Below are positions 1 through 14,490 of a stretch of DNA of 64,000 bases, one piece after another; the first letter of the stretch is position 1, and each line of letters opens with the position of its first letter. The notes below the pieces were generated by a model. That model ran no database searches and had not been told where the DNA came from. It saw nothing but the letters and a program-made list of their open reading frames with translations. The position numbers and the translations under genes were made by a program. Source of the DNA: the human T2T-CHM13v2.0 reference genome, Homo sapiens; assembly GCF_009914755.1 (NCBI RefSeq), contig NC_060937.1. One strand, written 5' to 3'.

Positions 1-168
1 TGTTAGAGGTGGAGTAGTAAATGTCAAAACTAGAAAGAATGCCTTAAAGGATAAGAACCTTAAACCATAATGGAATTTATATTACAGCTAAGGCATTTGG
101 ACTTTACCTAAAGAATACAAGAGGTCAATAAAATAAGAGTGCATATGTTAGCCTGGAACAGCGATCTC

Positions 169-184
169 AGATAGATAGATAGAT

Positions 185-216
<32 letters not shown>
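169..216. repeat. (GATA)n tetranucleotide microsatellite
   Basis: About 11 GATA units with one GAT interruption, read directly. Confidence 0.95.
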
Positions 217-217
<1 letters not shown>

Positions 218-248
218 AGTGGCTATATTCAGCTCCCTACTTGTTTAG

Positions 249-288
249 CTCTCTCTCTCTCTCTCTCTCTACATATATATATATATAA
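249..288. repeat. Compound (CT)n(AT)n microsatellite
   Basis: Direct reading. Confidence 0.9.
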
Positions 289-448
289 GATTTTAAGAAT
301 TTTTTTTACAAACTGCAATAATCTTTTCAATGGAAAATTGTGTTTTTGTATCACTTCCAGTTCACTTCATTAATTTGTTAAGCGTAGACTTTGTTTACAT
401 TAAATACAAACAATAAACCAAGCTATTTTACTGTTATAACTTATACTT

Positions 449-505
449 TCTCTCTCTCTTCCTCTCTCTCTCTCTCTATATATATATACACACACACACA
501 CACAC
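449..505. repeat. Compound (CT)n(AT)n(AC)n microsatellite
   Basis: Direct reading. Confidence 0.9.
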
Positions 506-1128
506 CTATAAATATTTCAAATGTGAGATCAAGAAACATTTTTTCTGCAAGCCACTATAATTTTTTGTTGTTATGTAGCAGTATTAGCAGTATTATGACA
601 ATAAATTACTTTCATTTATTACGCCCTTTTTAAAACTACAAAATATTGGATTTCAACAGAGAGATCGTGTTAAACAAGTAGGGAGCTGAATATACCCATT
701 TTATGTGTATGTACAAACATGTCCTCTTCCCTCAGATATTCTACATTCTTGCCCTCGCTCTTATTCTTTTTCACTATAGAATTTCTGAAATATGTTCCTT
801 CAATGCACAAGAAACTTACCTACACCCTCACCCTCTTGAATGAGGCTTTATTAGATGCATTCATCCCCGCCCCACCCCACCCCCACACAAAAAAAAAGCC
901 ACAAAAGTTTTGTCTTATTCTCAAGATGATATTTCCCTTTTGGTTCTTGATTCCAGACTACTGTGACTCTTGCTTTGAGGGAGTGCAATCAGTAGCATTC
1001 TATTTATCCCCCACTCTCAGAATACCTTTCTTACACTTCCATAAAACAAATGAAAATTTATGACTTTTGAGGCTCATGCCTGTAACCATTCTTTATTATT
1101 ATTATTTACTCTTATAAATAAAAATATC

Positions 1129-1509
<381 letters not shown>

Positions 1510-1673
1510 TCCAGACTTTGCTATCAGATTCACCAGTTTCTTCCTCATCTTGACTCTCGTAGTCATTCAAAATAACCTCAAAATTATCACAGTTTACCTA
1601 ATGAATAATCTTGGCTTTAAATTCTTTGACATTCTCATACCTAATCATCTTCACCATTCTTAGAGAAAACCTC

Positions 1674-2100
1674 TGTACTAGTTTGGAATTCCTTAGAAGC
1701 AGAAACTGAGACAGAGATTTGTGTCTGAATAGTTTTTTTAGGAAGTAATTTTAGGAAATAGTTATAGAGAAATGAATAAGGCAGAAAATGGAAAAAAGAC
1801 AAAAACGTTTTCATTAATTGTTTTTATACCGTATGTAGCTGCAGCTTAATTTCTTTAGGAAATGTCACAAGACAATTTTAAATATTTCTGAGTTATGACA
1901 AATCAAATAAGGGGTAAGAAAGCTATGGCATTTATTTACCAACATTGTGAATATCACTGGTTGAAGGATGCTTCCAGAGATTAACTGAGGTATTTCTAGC
2001 TTACCCTATACACAGGGCAGGTGTGTATTGCAGAACGAAATAAGACTCTAAGTCACATGGTTACAAGGGTTCAAAGAAAGTAGACTTCCATGTGTAGAGA
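1674..2100 (-). mobile_element. ERVL LTR remnant (LTR16-like)
   Basis: tgtactagtttggaattccttagaagcagaaactgagacagagatttg and cactggttgaaggatgct resemble the antisense LTR16-family consensus; ERVL internal sequence follows on the same strand. Confidence 0.6.
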
Positions 2101-2106
2101 TCAATA

Positions 2107-2255
2107 AAAGATCAGGAAAAAATAACTAATGGGTACTAGGCTTAAACCCTGGGTGACAAAATAATCCGTCCAGCGAACCACCATGATACAAGTTTACCTA
2201 TATTACAAACCTGCACATGTACCACTAAACTTAAAATAAAGGTTAAAAAAAGAAT
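2107..2255 (+). mobile_element. L1 3' end fragment (L1PA13-16-like)
   Basis: aataactaatgggtactaggcttaa...acaaacctgcacatgtacc...cttaaaataaagg plus A tail. Confidence 0.85.
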
Positions 2256-3049
2256 AAAGATTTTGTTTGAGGCAATAATAGCACATGGTACAAATTCCAA
2301 TCTATGCCCCTGGACCTTGGTTAAAACCCCAAGATTCTCTTCTTTCTTCAAAACTGTTTTATCTCACTGTTTGATGACAATATTCTTTGGTTGCATTAGG
2401 TCCTCCAACCCATTAATTTATAATCGCCTTATCCACGAGTCCCTTTTTTTTTTTAATTTATCTTCTACCTAACCTAGATTTTATGGTTCATCTTTTAAGC
2501 CACTGATAGCCTATTTCTGCACATTTCAAAAGTTGAATAAGAATCTGAGTCACTCCTAATTTTTGAGGTTGCAGTAATATACAAGATGTAAATGCCAAAT
2601 AGTGAGTGAAAAAATTGGTTTATTGTTTGTATTTAATGTAAACAAAGTTTGTGCTTAACAAATTAATGAAGTGAACTATAAATGCAACAAAAACATAATT
2701 TTCCATTGAAAAAGTTATTGCAGAGTTTGCAAAAAGTATGTCCTCTGCAGATATTATAGTCTAACAGTGAGATTTAAAGTTTAAACTATTGAGATGAATG
2801 TTTTCTTTGAAAATTTTCTAGAGTTTGACATGGGCATACCTTTTCATTCAGAATAAACATCAGATATCTCTCCTTGAGGTCCACTTGTGTATTACATAAC
2901 AATGATGCCAAAAATATTCTAATGAATATTTGCTTGTTACCTTATTGTGCACTTCTGTTGGGTAAATAACTAGGAATGGAATTAAAGACATGTTTAGCTT
3001 CAGTTGACATTTCTAAATAGTTTTTTAATTGGTTATGAAGTACGATAGT

Positions 3050-6000
3050 GAGAATGACCACTCCCACATATTCTCTTGGTTCCCAGCTGATGCATCTGGA
3101 TGTGGAAAAGAATACACCATATAATTAGCGCTAAAGGCACATAACACATTCTGCAGGACAGCAACCCAAACTTACATTTGTCTCCCAGTCATCAATATAA
3201 TTGAGCCTGTAGGAGTTACATAATCATTTTATCAAATCAGTGCTTCCATGTGATATAAAATGCAGAAATGCCTGTGAATAACTAAGGAATAAGTTTTTTG
3301 CTACATTTAAGTTGTAATAAAATTTCCCCTGGTTAGAAGTGATATTGTGTGGAATATCTGTCTGTCCATAAGGCCACAAATAGAGGTGCTGACAGGCAGG
3401 CTTTGGCCAGAGAAGGCAAATACTAACTTAGAGTATATGTCCCAGTGAGGACAAAGGAAAGCTCTCTCCATAAAGGGGAAACTTCAGTGTTATCAATCTG
3501 GCATCAGATAGTTGCAAATTTCTACAGGTGATGCTACCGTATTAAAGCTTCTATGTGGTTTCTATTGTTGTCTAATAAACTGTTGTGATGGTAAGACCAT
3601 TTTCTATGTCTATGCATAACTGTAACAAAAATAGCAACTTTTTACATGGGCCCATTGTACAAAAACTGAGGGCATTGTGAAAAACACTAACTGACAAACA
3701 TAACAAACATCCAATATCATCTCTTCTACCTGAACAGTTAGTCTGTTAGACTGTTGATGCTCTCTAGTAGGGATCTAAACAGTGCATAATTATTTTGGCC
3801 TAGCCCAATAAGTGCAATCATATATTATACACCTAAAATTTCTTGTCATTAATATTCTAATTTTTTTTCTTCCTAAGAATCTGACAACCTGACCAACCCG
3901 TTGGCCACCGCTCATGAGTGAGTGTAAATCTGTATCTCAGATCATCAGTAACACAATGAAAAATTACATTTAAAGCCTACAATTCTGCCCGCTGTCAAAA
4001 TTCCTGTTTCCTGCCATCTTTCAGAGTCATCCCTGGCTATAATTGTATTACAACAATTGTCCCCTTCAAAGCAATGCTTTCATGCTATGGATCTCTATCA
4101 ACCAAATCTTTGCATTTCCTTTTCCATTAGTCATAGGGTATTCTCCACGAAGTTCAGTTGAAGAAGAGACAGTAAAGCTACGAGAGCTGATGCCATAGGC
4201 CTGCAATTTACTCGTGCCTTCCATATCTGCTAGGTTTATTTGGTGGATACGTCACATACATTTTTTATTGGAATATTGTTATACAAATCTCATTTTATGG
4301 TTTCATGTGTCAAACACTTCAGGTTCATGATTAGGCATCGCAGTCAGAGATTCATTTGATGTCCTATGGTCAGGAATTCAGTTTTTACCATTGCTGAGTA
4401 CCTAGTCAGGAGCTGTTTTTTAAATGGCAGAAAAGAGTATGGCCTTATGCAAGCCTTTAGGGATCTCTACTATTCTTTTCCTACTGAGGCTTAAAAGGAA
4501 TTCCATACAGCAAACACTGCAACCAAGTAGTGTGCCTCTTTATTCACGATGGGCAATGCAAAGCATAGCAATTTATCTCTCATTTTTATAAAGGACTTCC
4601 TGAAATGCAACAGACTACTCTAGCTTTAAATACTTCTATGATAAGCACTTATTTTCCAATCTCTATAAGCATAATATTCATAAATATTCAAGTGTGCTTG
4701 TTATAATTTTTCTGCTCATAAAGTCCTTCTATGGTCTGAATGTTTGTGTTCTCCCAAAATTCATATGTGGAAACCAAATCCCCAGTGTGATAATATTAAG
4801 AGGTGGGGTCTTTTAGGAGGTCATTAAGTCATGAGGGCAGAGCCCTCATAAATGGGATTAGCACCCTTATAATAAAAAGATTCAAGGGAGATTCTTTTTC
4901 TCTTTCACCAAGTGAAGACACAATTAGAAATGCTGTTTATGAGAAAGAGGCCCTATTTCAGGCACCAAATCTGAACTCCTCATCCTCTAGAACTATAAGC
5001 AATGTATTTCTGTTGTTTATAAGTTACTTAGTTCTAAGGCATTTTGCTATATAAGACTAAGATAGGTCCAATTATTACAATATTATAAACTAAAGGCCCA
5101 GTGTGATTATTTTTTGATATTGGATAAGATATAGTTGATGACCTGCCCCATTTTTTTTGGTTTCCTGGAATAACATCCAAATAAACACTACACTCAAATT
5201 TTTGGCTTCTTTTGGAAAATTCTAGTCTAAGATAGCTAACAAGATTAATAAAATTCTTCTGAACTATGATGTGACAAAGAGAGGTAATGTAATAAATGTT
5301 ACTGCTCATTCTACAAATGCAGCCTGCTTCAGATTTCATTTATTAGTGAGTTAGAAGCTATATTCTCTAAGTGTTTGTAGATTTACTTTAAAAGGGGTAA
5401 CAGGTCTTGAATTGTAGCTGATTGGCATTACCATCTAATTATAGTTCTAATAATTTATTATCGTTCTCTGCCCCACAAATTACTTCCTTTGGGCAATGGG
5501 CCTAAGAAGGGAGTCATCACTTCTTCATCTCTCAGAATTTTCAGTGGCATTAATCTTTGATGTTTCCTCCAAAAGGAGTTAAACCAATGCCTTTAATTTA
5601 AAGTGAGGGTGGGAAGTTACAGGGGTTTCTATTAAGCCTTTACTATCATAGGAACCCTCATGTGAGTCCAGCAGCTATCAATGGGTTCATAATTCAACTA
5701 GAAGTAGTGTTATATGGACTTGAGCTCTCTATTTAATCTCTGATTTCTTTGTCTCCATTGTCACTCCTAGACCTCAGTGGCATTTTGAGTCTCTCATGGT
5801 CAATGCATGCTCAGAGCTAATGTCTAATACAAATACAGCTATTAATGTTTTCCAAATCTACAGTTACCCAGAAAATGGAGGATAATCAAAGGAATATTTA
5901 TGGAATACACATGTGACTATGAAGCAGGGTCTTTCCTTGAAAAGACACAGTCTCCTCTTCAATCTAGGGACCAGGTCTGGAAACTAGTTTAGTGCTAAAA

Positions 6001-6730
6001 ACTGTGTTAAAGACATAAATTCCCACTACCATGAATTATGCTTCTTAAATTTTTCCTTTGATGTATGTCAAGCAACACCTTAACCTGGTATATATTTATT
6101 TTTAGATACCCCGTGATTAGTTAGCCATCACTGGAGATCGCTCATTAAATAGTACTTTGCAACTATTTTAACCCTGTGGCTTACCGTGATTCTTGTTCTC
6201 ATGTAATCTCAGACAGTTAAAACAAATCAGCTTCTACTCCTCCAGGATAATCACGTCATTTCTACTGAGATGATGGAATAGAATTCCATCCCAGGATCCC
6301 ACACGTCGTCTCTGACCTACAAAGGTGAGGCACCACAAAAGGCTTCAAAGTTGCTGGTACCCCCTCAGCCTAGATAATGGAACATCCTCTAGTACTTTGT
6401 AGGATTCACTAAGCAGTTTGCCCATAATAGATTTGACCTAAGAAACCTATTTTCTGCAACCTAAGATTTTCCCCTCCATAGTAGACCTAGAAAATTCAAC
6501 AATTTCAAAGTTATTAAATTTAGTCCAATATTTAGTTTAGGCTTTGTTTACGCAACCTAGCAGACTCTTGAGATCACTCCAGGGAACTCAAGTCAACATA
6601 TTGAATCTTGGTTTCTAGAAAGGTACATATTTGTAAGGAATTTTACCCATATGAGTCTTATATTTACTCTTCCTTAATCTAATGCTCTTAAATACCATTC
6701 CCACATAAAGAAAATAACCGGAAATTTGAA
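3050..6730 (-). mobile_element. Decayed ERVL internal region (gag-pol remnants), interrupted by a MaLR LTR
   Basis: Minus-strand translations in proviral order: MWEWYLRALD*GRVNIRL near 6690 (ERVL gag), FLPFKKQLLTRYSAMVKTEFLTIGHQ near 4400 (RT connection), IYTHS*AVANGLV near 3910 (RNase H), DIYSKLVFAFS near 3430 and DIPHNITSNQG at 3326-3358 (integrase). Confidence 0.8.
4727..5064 (+). mobile_element. MaLR solo LTR (MLT1A/MSTD-like)
   Basis: ctatggtctgaatgtttgtgttctcccaaaattcatatg start, gactaagata end, possible 5-bp TSD agtcc/ggtcc. Confidence 0.85.
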
Positions 6731-6789
6731 CAACCGGAACATTATCTGATATATTTTAACAAGAAACTCACCTGCTATAATTATTAATT

Positions 6790-6990
6790 TACTAAAAAGA
6801 ACAGTAAGTTGAAGATGATCACTCAGGAAGTGCATAAAATCTAGATAAGAAATGACAGAAACTTACACCTGAGATGTATCAGTGGTGATGGTAAGAAAGG
6901 GTTGAATTCTAGAGATAAGTTGAAAATAAAACTGATAAGACTTACTGGCGTTATTAGTTTGAATTTGTTATTTAGTATAGAAGGCCAGTT
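6790..6990 (-). mobile_element. L2 remnant
   Basis: Purine-rich antisense L2-like tract (gtggtgatggtaagaaaggg...attctagagata). Confidence 0.45.
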
Positions 6991-6997
6991 TCAAGAA

Positions 6998-7221
6998 CCT
7001 TGATCTCCTCCTTACACCATATAAAAAATCAAGTCAAGATGGATGTAAGACTTAAGTGTAAAACCCAAAACTATAAAAACTCTAGAAGAAAATCTAGGCA
7101 ATACCATTCAGGACACAGGCATGGGCAAAGACTTTATGATGAAGATGCCAAAAGCAATTGCAACAAAAGCAAAAATTGACAAATGTGATTAAACCAAAGA
7201 GCTTCTGCACAGAAAAAGAAA
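6998..7221 (+). mobile_element. Internal L1 ORF2 fragment (older L1PA), no 3' UTR or poly(A)
   Basis: ctagaagaaaatctaggcaataccattcaggacacaggcatgggcaaagac matches the L1 ORF2 copies at 18543 and 20100 in this window. Confidence 0.9.
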
Positions 7222-7224
7222 TGC

Positions 7225-8540
7225 TTCATTTTTGGCCTACAGTCACTTAACACTCTATAAAAGCTATTGAGAATGCCAAACAGGTTTTGTTTGTATGTAT
7301 AAAACCTATTGATATTTATTGTATTAGATATTAGATACTAAAATAAAAAAATTTCAAATATGTATTTGTTAATTCATTGAAAATGAACAATAGTAAGCCA
7401 TTATAAGAGGCTTATCATGCATAATTTTATCTGAAAAATCTGACTATAATTGCGTAAAATAGTGAGAACAGCATTGTTTTACAATTTTCCATATCTCTTT
7501 AATATCTGGACTAATAGAACACATTTAAATTTTCATAATCAGTTACATGCTGTTTGGGTTAAATTATGTGAAGTCTGTCTGGTCTTACACAGACTTGTTA
7601 CTAGAAAAGGGCATATATTAATAGCTTTTTCAGATAATTATGTCTCTATTTCTTTAATACTACAACAAAACTTAAAAAGAGGTAGTTTTTTAAAGGTTAG
7701 TTGCAATGTGGAACCTGAAACCTTATTTATAAATTTCATACTCTTTTACATTAGCTCATTTGAACTTTGAATGAATCTTTTATACTTGCATGATTTTGTA
7801 ACATCATGCACTGATCATTTGGAAAATATTAACTCATGGTGTTGTGCAAACCATTCCAATTCTGACACATTTTATTATGCAACATCAAATATCTCATTCA
7901 TAAATACCACCATGAATCTTATTTGAAAAGACTTGAAGTATTGGGAAATTGTCAAGCTCTTGGTGGCAGATACAAGCTTTGTGAAATTCTAATTTTCCAC
8001 TTGAAAGCTAGAATGTTATCATTGGCAACAAATGCTCTCCGTTATTTGAAAAGACAAACTTGCTTTATTTATTTTCTAGGAAATATCAGCCCAATGCCTA
8101 AATCTTGACTACTATAATTTTTGTTCCAGCAATTCTTTCAAGTGAAAACCTTTTTTCCACAAAATAAGTAGTTAGTTCAGCTTGTAACTGAAAGAGGTGC
8201 ATAAGTGCTTTTTCTCTAGGGAATTTAGTGAACATTGATATTCAGCAAAAATACTTTTTAACATACTCTCAATTTTGTCACATATGGTGAGGAGTTAATA
8301 AAATAACAATTTGTACTACTTCATTAGGACGTTTTTAAGTAAAGCTGTCATTTGTGTGTGTGTGTATGAGTGTGTGAGTGTGTATGTGTATGTGTGTGCT
8401 GTAAATGCAAGACAGAGAAGAATATGATGATTTTCTAGTACTGTCAGTGCCACTGTTTTTATTTGTGTTAAATTACCAGCAGGTTATGAACTGTTGCTTT
8501 TGCTTCATCAGGGCAAATCTCAGTATTTTTTTTTTAATTA
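7225..8540 (-). mobile_element. Charlie1-type hAT DNA transposon fossil
   Basis: Long match to recalled Charlie1a (ggtagttttttaaaggttagttgcaatgtggaacctgaaacc; ttgaaagctagaatgttatcattggcaacaaat); minus-strand KAINICPFLVTSLCK resembles the hAT dimerisation motif. Contains (TG)n at about 8353-8398. Confidence 0.85.
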
Positions 8541-9018
8541 TCTTAAACAGAAACATGCATCAGATTTTGAGTTCCACTGGCCTGGCAACTTTATGATTCA
8601 GGAGCTGGTGAAATAAGCACAGGGTGAACCCATGGATATTCTGGGTCCACTGTGTGATGGAAATTGGCAAACATCGCTTTTATCACGGGACTCCAGGGGC
8701 CCTCTGTAACCCATGAATGACAGTAGAATTCTGTGCATCCAGGAGTTAACGATGCCTCAGAGCCAGTGACGAGTAGCTATACAAACATCTCAGTATACTC
8801 CTTCCCTCCATATATTATATCCTTGAAATGATTCTGAGTGCCACTAGCAAATGACAGAAGGAATACTTGCCGTATATCTTTGTGTACTGTCATGCAATCT
8901 TTCTTTGAGTCCTGGGTCTATTCTTTCTTTGTGAACTAATTCACGTCTGTTTGCAGAGGAGGATTTTACTCACTCTATTGTAGTGGGTAATATCTGGACC
9001 TTATTTATTAAGTTAAAG

Positions 9019-9226
9019 TTATATATATATAAAATATATATATACACACACACACCTATATATATATAACTTTAGACATATATATGGCTGAAGACTTTAG
9101 TCATGTATATATACGTATAGGCTCCATCATCAAAATTGTCTCAAAAAACTCAGCATCTCTGATTTTGCTTGTGTGTGTGTGTGTGTATGAATATATAAAC
9201 ATATTAATATATTAAATATGTAAATA

Positions 9227-9264
<38 letters not shown>
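9019..9264. repeat. Cluster of (AT)n, (AC)n and (TG)n microsatellites
   Basis: Direct reading; pure (AT)n at about 9231-9264. Confidence 0.9.
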
Positions 9265-9267
<3 letters not shown>

Positions 9268-10266
9268 AAATAGGATTTGTAAAGACTGGTTGTATATTTT
9301 GCCCCTAGGAATCCCATGACTGATTAACCACCTTCCAAAGATCTTACTATATCAAACCACTCTGATAACCAGTCAGCATGGCTGGATTTTTACAGAAAAG
9401 TATCTGGTAATCATAGGTTGCCTTTTAGCTTCTGCTGTTTCAAAATCATGTTTTTCTTCTAGTATCTTTCATAGACTATGAGTCTAGCCATTGCCGATCT
9501 TTTTAAGGATGTGGGTATTCTCTTCTCCGGTCTACTTTTTGTCACCTTACAGAATTATCTGTTAGGCTCTCCTGAAGTATATAGTTAAGGTGAGAAGATT
9601 CCTTTTATGATAATCTACATGAACATTTTATTTTGTTTTATTAATCTTTTGCATTTTCTTTATTAGAATATAAAAGGAATTTCTGGTCTTCTAATCTCAA
9701 GTAGACCAGATTTCAGTCAACCATTTGAGTAATCTTCAAAACTATCTGAAGATAATCAAATTAATTCCTTGAATGGAGAACATTGTTTTTAATACACCCT
9801 TATAGATAGATATTTTTGCCTCATCTAAAATATGTTTCTTTTTTATGGTTGTAACAAATGAAAAAATCTATTTCTACAAATATTACTCAGCTATAAGTTA
9901 CAATAATGCTACAATATTATTGATATAAGAAACTTCTTTCAGGTAGGATTTTGCACTTGTCTCACTGAAAATATATTGAGATCTGGGCTGACATATGGAT
10001 GTAATGGCAATTGGAACAATTTGCATGCAGTGTGAGGTCAACTGGCATTCCCTTGCAAGTTAACACCCTGAGGAGCAGTCACTACATTGTTTCTAAATAA
10101 GCCAAGACTAGCCCATTACACAAGTCTGTCACATAATTGTACCCATGGTATCTAAATTCATCTAAAGATCTCATTCCAGTTCTCATAGTTCCACTTTATT
10201 CCAGAAGTTTCCTAATTTGAAACAACAGATATGACAAGAATATGAATTAAACGTATATGGTAACTT

Positions 10267-10389
10267 GGCCAGGTTCAGTGGCTTACGCCTCTAGTCCTAG
10301 CACTTTGGGAAGCAGACGAGGGAGGACGGCTTGTGCCCAGGAATTCAAGACCAGCCTGGGCAAAATAGTGAGACCCCATCTCTATAAAA

Positions 10390-10428
<39 letters not shown>

Positions 10429-10429
10429 A
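10267..10429 (+). mobile_element. FLAM-like free left Alu monomer with (TAAA)n tail
   Basis: ggccaggttcagtggcttacgcc...gaccagcctgggcaaaatagtgagaccccatctcta followed by TAAA repeats. Confidence 0.85.
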
Positions 10430-10430
10430 G

Positions 10431-10780
<350 letters not shown>

Positions 10781-11804
10781 TCATCAACTCAAAGTATCAG
10801 ATCTAGAATATGCTGTGTGAAAAAACAGTCCTGCAATTACCAGAAATAAATTATTTTGGAGAGTTGAATTTCCCTCGCTTTTTGTGCTTTGAGCCATTAA
10901 TTTCAGTTTTGTGTTTATTCTCTACTCTTTGTAATACAAATTGAAGGAGGCAGACCATGCACAATTTGTGTTACCATTAATATGTCTCATTGCAGCAAAC
11001 ATTTGTTTTTTTTGGAGAGTTACGTTAATTGGTTCTTCATTCCAGGTAACCAGATAATATAATTTCAACAACTATTTTGCATATGCCATGATCTACTAGT
11101 GTCCCATTTTCCAACAATAACCAGAGGATAATTTCCTTAATGATACCCAATCAAATAATAAAATTAATTTTCTTCTTTAAGTGTCTACAACCACTTCTGA
11201 CTCCAATATTGCACCATTCAAAATGAGATCAGAAAAAAAGCAACTACTGTTAATATTTTAGGGTAAAATTATTAATATAAGAATATAATTGATACAATCT
11301 TTGAGCGCTGGAGAAAGGGATTCAATAGGCTATTCTTATAACTAGTGAATTCAAGGCAAGAACAAACAAACTGCAATTGCTTAAGTTCAGGAAAATCAAA
11401 CTGAAATAGACAGCCACTCCTCCTCTTCTCCCATATCTTTCTCTTGCTGTCCAAGAAAAAAGAAACTTGATATATAAATGCTAAGTACAAACTCTATCAT
11501 CAAAATAGTCTCAAGAAACAGCATCTGTGATTTGGCTCATTAGAACATTTTAAAGCAGGAAAAAATATATCTGTTTGTCCTTTTTTGCATTCAAATATGT
11601 TATGAATTCTGTCAATTGATGAGATTTAATTTGCATCCGAACTCCAACTAAAGAGTCTGTAAGAGTTGGTTTATGTTTTCTAGTTTCTATATTAAAAAGA
11701 GACACAGAAGAAGTTGTAAATGAATACAAGTGTGTATCTTCTATTTTCAGTTCACTTACTATGTCTGTATATTGTTTATAACCTTCAGCAGCTCCCTACA
11801 GCCT

Positions 11805-12500
11805 TCAGTTCAATTTAAAAAATATTAGTTAGGCATAAATTATGTTCTAGGTACTCTGATAGTTGATAAGAAAATGGTAAGTTTATAAAGTCTAACACCA
11901 CCAAGATAAGGCAAAAATTAAGTAAATAATTTAGACAAGTGAATTGAATAGGGAAAATATAGTGTAGTATGGCAATGCATGGGGAAGGGTTTTACAGTGG
12001 TGTAGAGTGTGAAGGAGTGAGTTGTAAACTGAAAAAGAAGAAACAAACTGGTTCAGCTAATCTCTGTGTGGAGGGCAGGGCATAAGGGAGGGAAAATGTG
12101 TCAGGGAAAGATAAGAGAATAGATGTGTTTAAGTCATCAGATAATGCAGTGCATCATAGAAATAAAGAATAAAATATCATGGAGAATGAGAAGGAGAATG
12201 GCTCAAAATAAAGCTGAAAAGGTAGAAGCCATATGCTTTAAGATAGGTTGAAGGTATGATTTTTAACTTGAGGGCAATGGCATTCCATTGAGAAATTTAA
12301 GAAGGAAAATGAAATAATCATACACTTGATTTTTCAAAAAAATGATGAACAATATGGGAGCATAATGAACAATATAATGAAGAAGACAGGGAGATAAATA
12401 GGACATTTTGCAAAAACGAATACTTAAAGCCAGAATAGCAATTACCTAAAGTGGACTAAGGAAACTAAAGATAGAAGGAAAATATTAGATTTTTGGTTAT
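11805..12500 (-). mobile_element. L2 remnant
   Basis: Antisense L2 3' end-like start and gagggcaatggcattccattgagaaatttaagaagg motif. Confidence 0.6.
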
Positions 12501-13111
12501 GATAATCATTAATTCAAGCAGTTGTTCATTCAGACATTTGACATGGATATAAACAATAACTAGGATAAACTATTAATATCATATTGTTCTACCTGTCATT
12601 TCAGGTGTTCTTAATATAAGTTATGATAATATAAGGGGACTTTAAATGCTTGTATACAGGGGAGTAGGATCTTCATGCTTCCACCATCAAACATGTCAAA
12701 GTCATTAAAAATAAATAACCGTTATCTTATATTTGAATATTATAGAGAATGTATAGACATTACACCAAAGTGGACTGATATTAGTTTCTATACTAGGACC
12801 TGCCAAAATTATACTAATTAAACAATTTGGTATTTTGAGATATTTATTTATAAAATTAGCTACCCCGATTATTTAAATATTTTACTTATCATTGCAGGGA
12901 AGAGGTAAGTTTAGACATATAAATATATATGTGCATATATATGTGTGTGTTTTATTCTTATCTGTATATATTAAGTTAGAATACATTTTCCGCAGTAGTT
13001 AATATATTTTATAAACTTTTTCAGAATCATATTCTTTCTGAATATTCTAATCAATCATTTAAATGTAAATGAGGATTTCATTTTTTAGGCCTTATCAGAT
13101 TTCTAATGATT

Positions 13112-13232
13112 TTTAAAAATAATTTCAACTTGTATTTTAAATTCAAGGGGTCCATGTGCAGATTTGTTGCATGGGTATATTACATGACACTGAGGTTTGG
13201 GATATGAATGATACCGTCACTCAAGTAATGAT
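13112..13232 (-). mobile_element. L1PB-like 3' end fragment
   Basis: ttcaaggggtccatgtgcagatttgttgcatgggtatattacatgacactgaggtttggg. Confidence 0.8.
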
Positions 13233-13347
13233 TTTCATTGATATGAAAATAATAGTAAGTCTTCAAACAGATGTGATTTCTTCCAACACATTACCTTACC
13301 CAGTGTTTATTTTTTTAAAAGAAGCTAAATTAAATTACAACCTGTAA

Positions 13348-14490
13348 TTCAGGAAAAAGCCACACGACATTGGGCCTGGTAATGATTTCCTGGATATTTC
13401 ACAAAAAGCACCAGTAACAAAAGTAAAATTTGACAAATAAATTCAACTATATCAAAGTAAAAGTCTTCTGAACAGCAAAGGAAACAATCAACAACATATA
13501 ACCTAAATAATGAAAATATTTTTAAACCATACATCTGATATGAGATTATCCAAAATATGTAAGGAACTGCTACAAAACAATAGCAAAAACACCAATAACC
13601 GCATTAAAAAAATGAGCCAAGTACTTGAACAGTATTTCTCTAAAAAGGAAGACATACAAATGGCCAACTGGTATATGGAAATAGGGTGAACATGACTAGT
13701 CATCAGGAAAATACAAATTAAAATCACAATGAGATTTCATCTCACATCTGTTGGCATAGCTATTATGAGAGAGAGAGAGAATGAGGAAGAGAGAAACGGA
13801 AGGAGAACATGTGATGGTAAGAAGGTGGAGAAATTGGAACCCTGGTACACTGTTGGTGGAAATGTAGAATGGTGTGGTTGATGTGGAAAATAGCATGGCA
13901 ATTCCTCAAAAATTAAAAATAGAGCTACCGTATGTTCCAAAAATCCCACTTTTGGGTATTAATCCAAAACAATTGAAAACTGTTTCTTGAAAAGATATAT
14001 GTGCTTCCATCTTCATTGTAGCATTATTTACCATAGTCAAGTTATGGAAACAATCTACAAATTCAACATATGAATAGGTCAAGAAATATAGATACACATA
14101 CAGTGAAATACTGTTCAGCCTTGAACAAAAAGGAATTCTGCCATATGAGACAACATGGATGAACCTGGGGGACATTATGGAAAGTGAAATAAATCAACCT
14201 CAGGTGGACTAATACTACATGAGTGCACTTATATGAGATATCTAAAATAGACTAATGGGAACAGAGAACAGAATGGTGGTTTCCAGGGCTGAGGGGAAGG
14301 GCAAACAGGGAGTTGCTATTCAGGGAACATAAAGTTTCAGTTAGGCAAGATGGATAATTTCTACAGGCCCTCTGTACAACATTGTGCCTATGCTTAGCAA
14401 TACTGTGCACTTAAAATTATACTGAAGATAGCTCTCACATTAAGTGTTCTTACCATAATAAAACAATAAATACAAATAAATTATAAAAAT
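13348..14490 (+). mobile_element. L1MA/MB ORF2 C-terminus and 3' UTR
   Basis: Degenerate ORF2 C-terminal sequence, 3' UTR ending taagtgttcttaccataataaaa. Confidence 0.88.

Noticed and set aside
1071-1087. ggctcatgcctgtaacc, an Alu-5'-like 17-mer just upstream of the AluY
   Set aside because: Too short to distinguish a templated copy from an Alu relic or chance.
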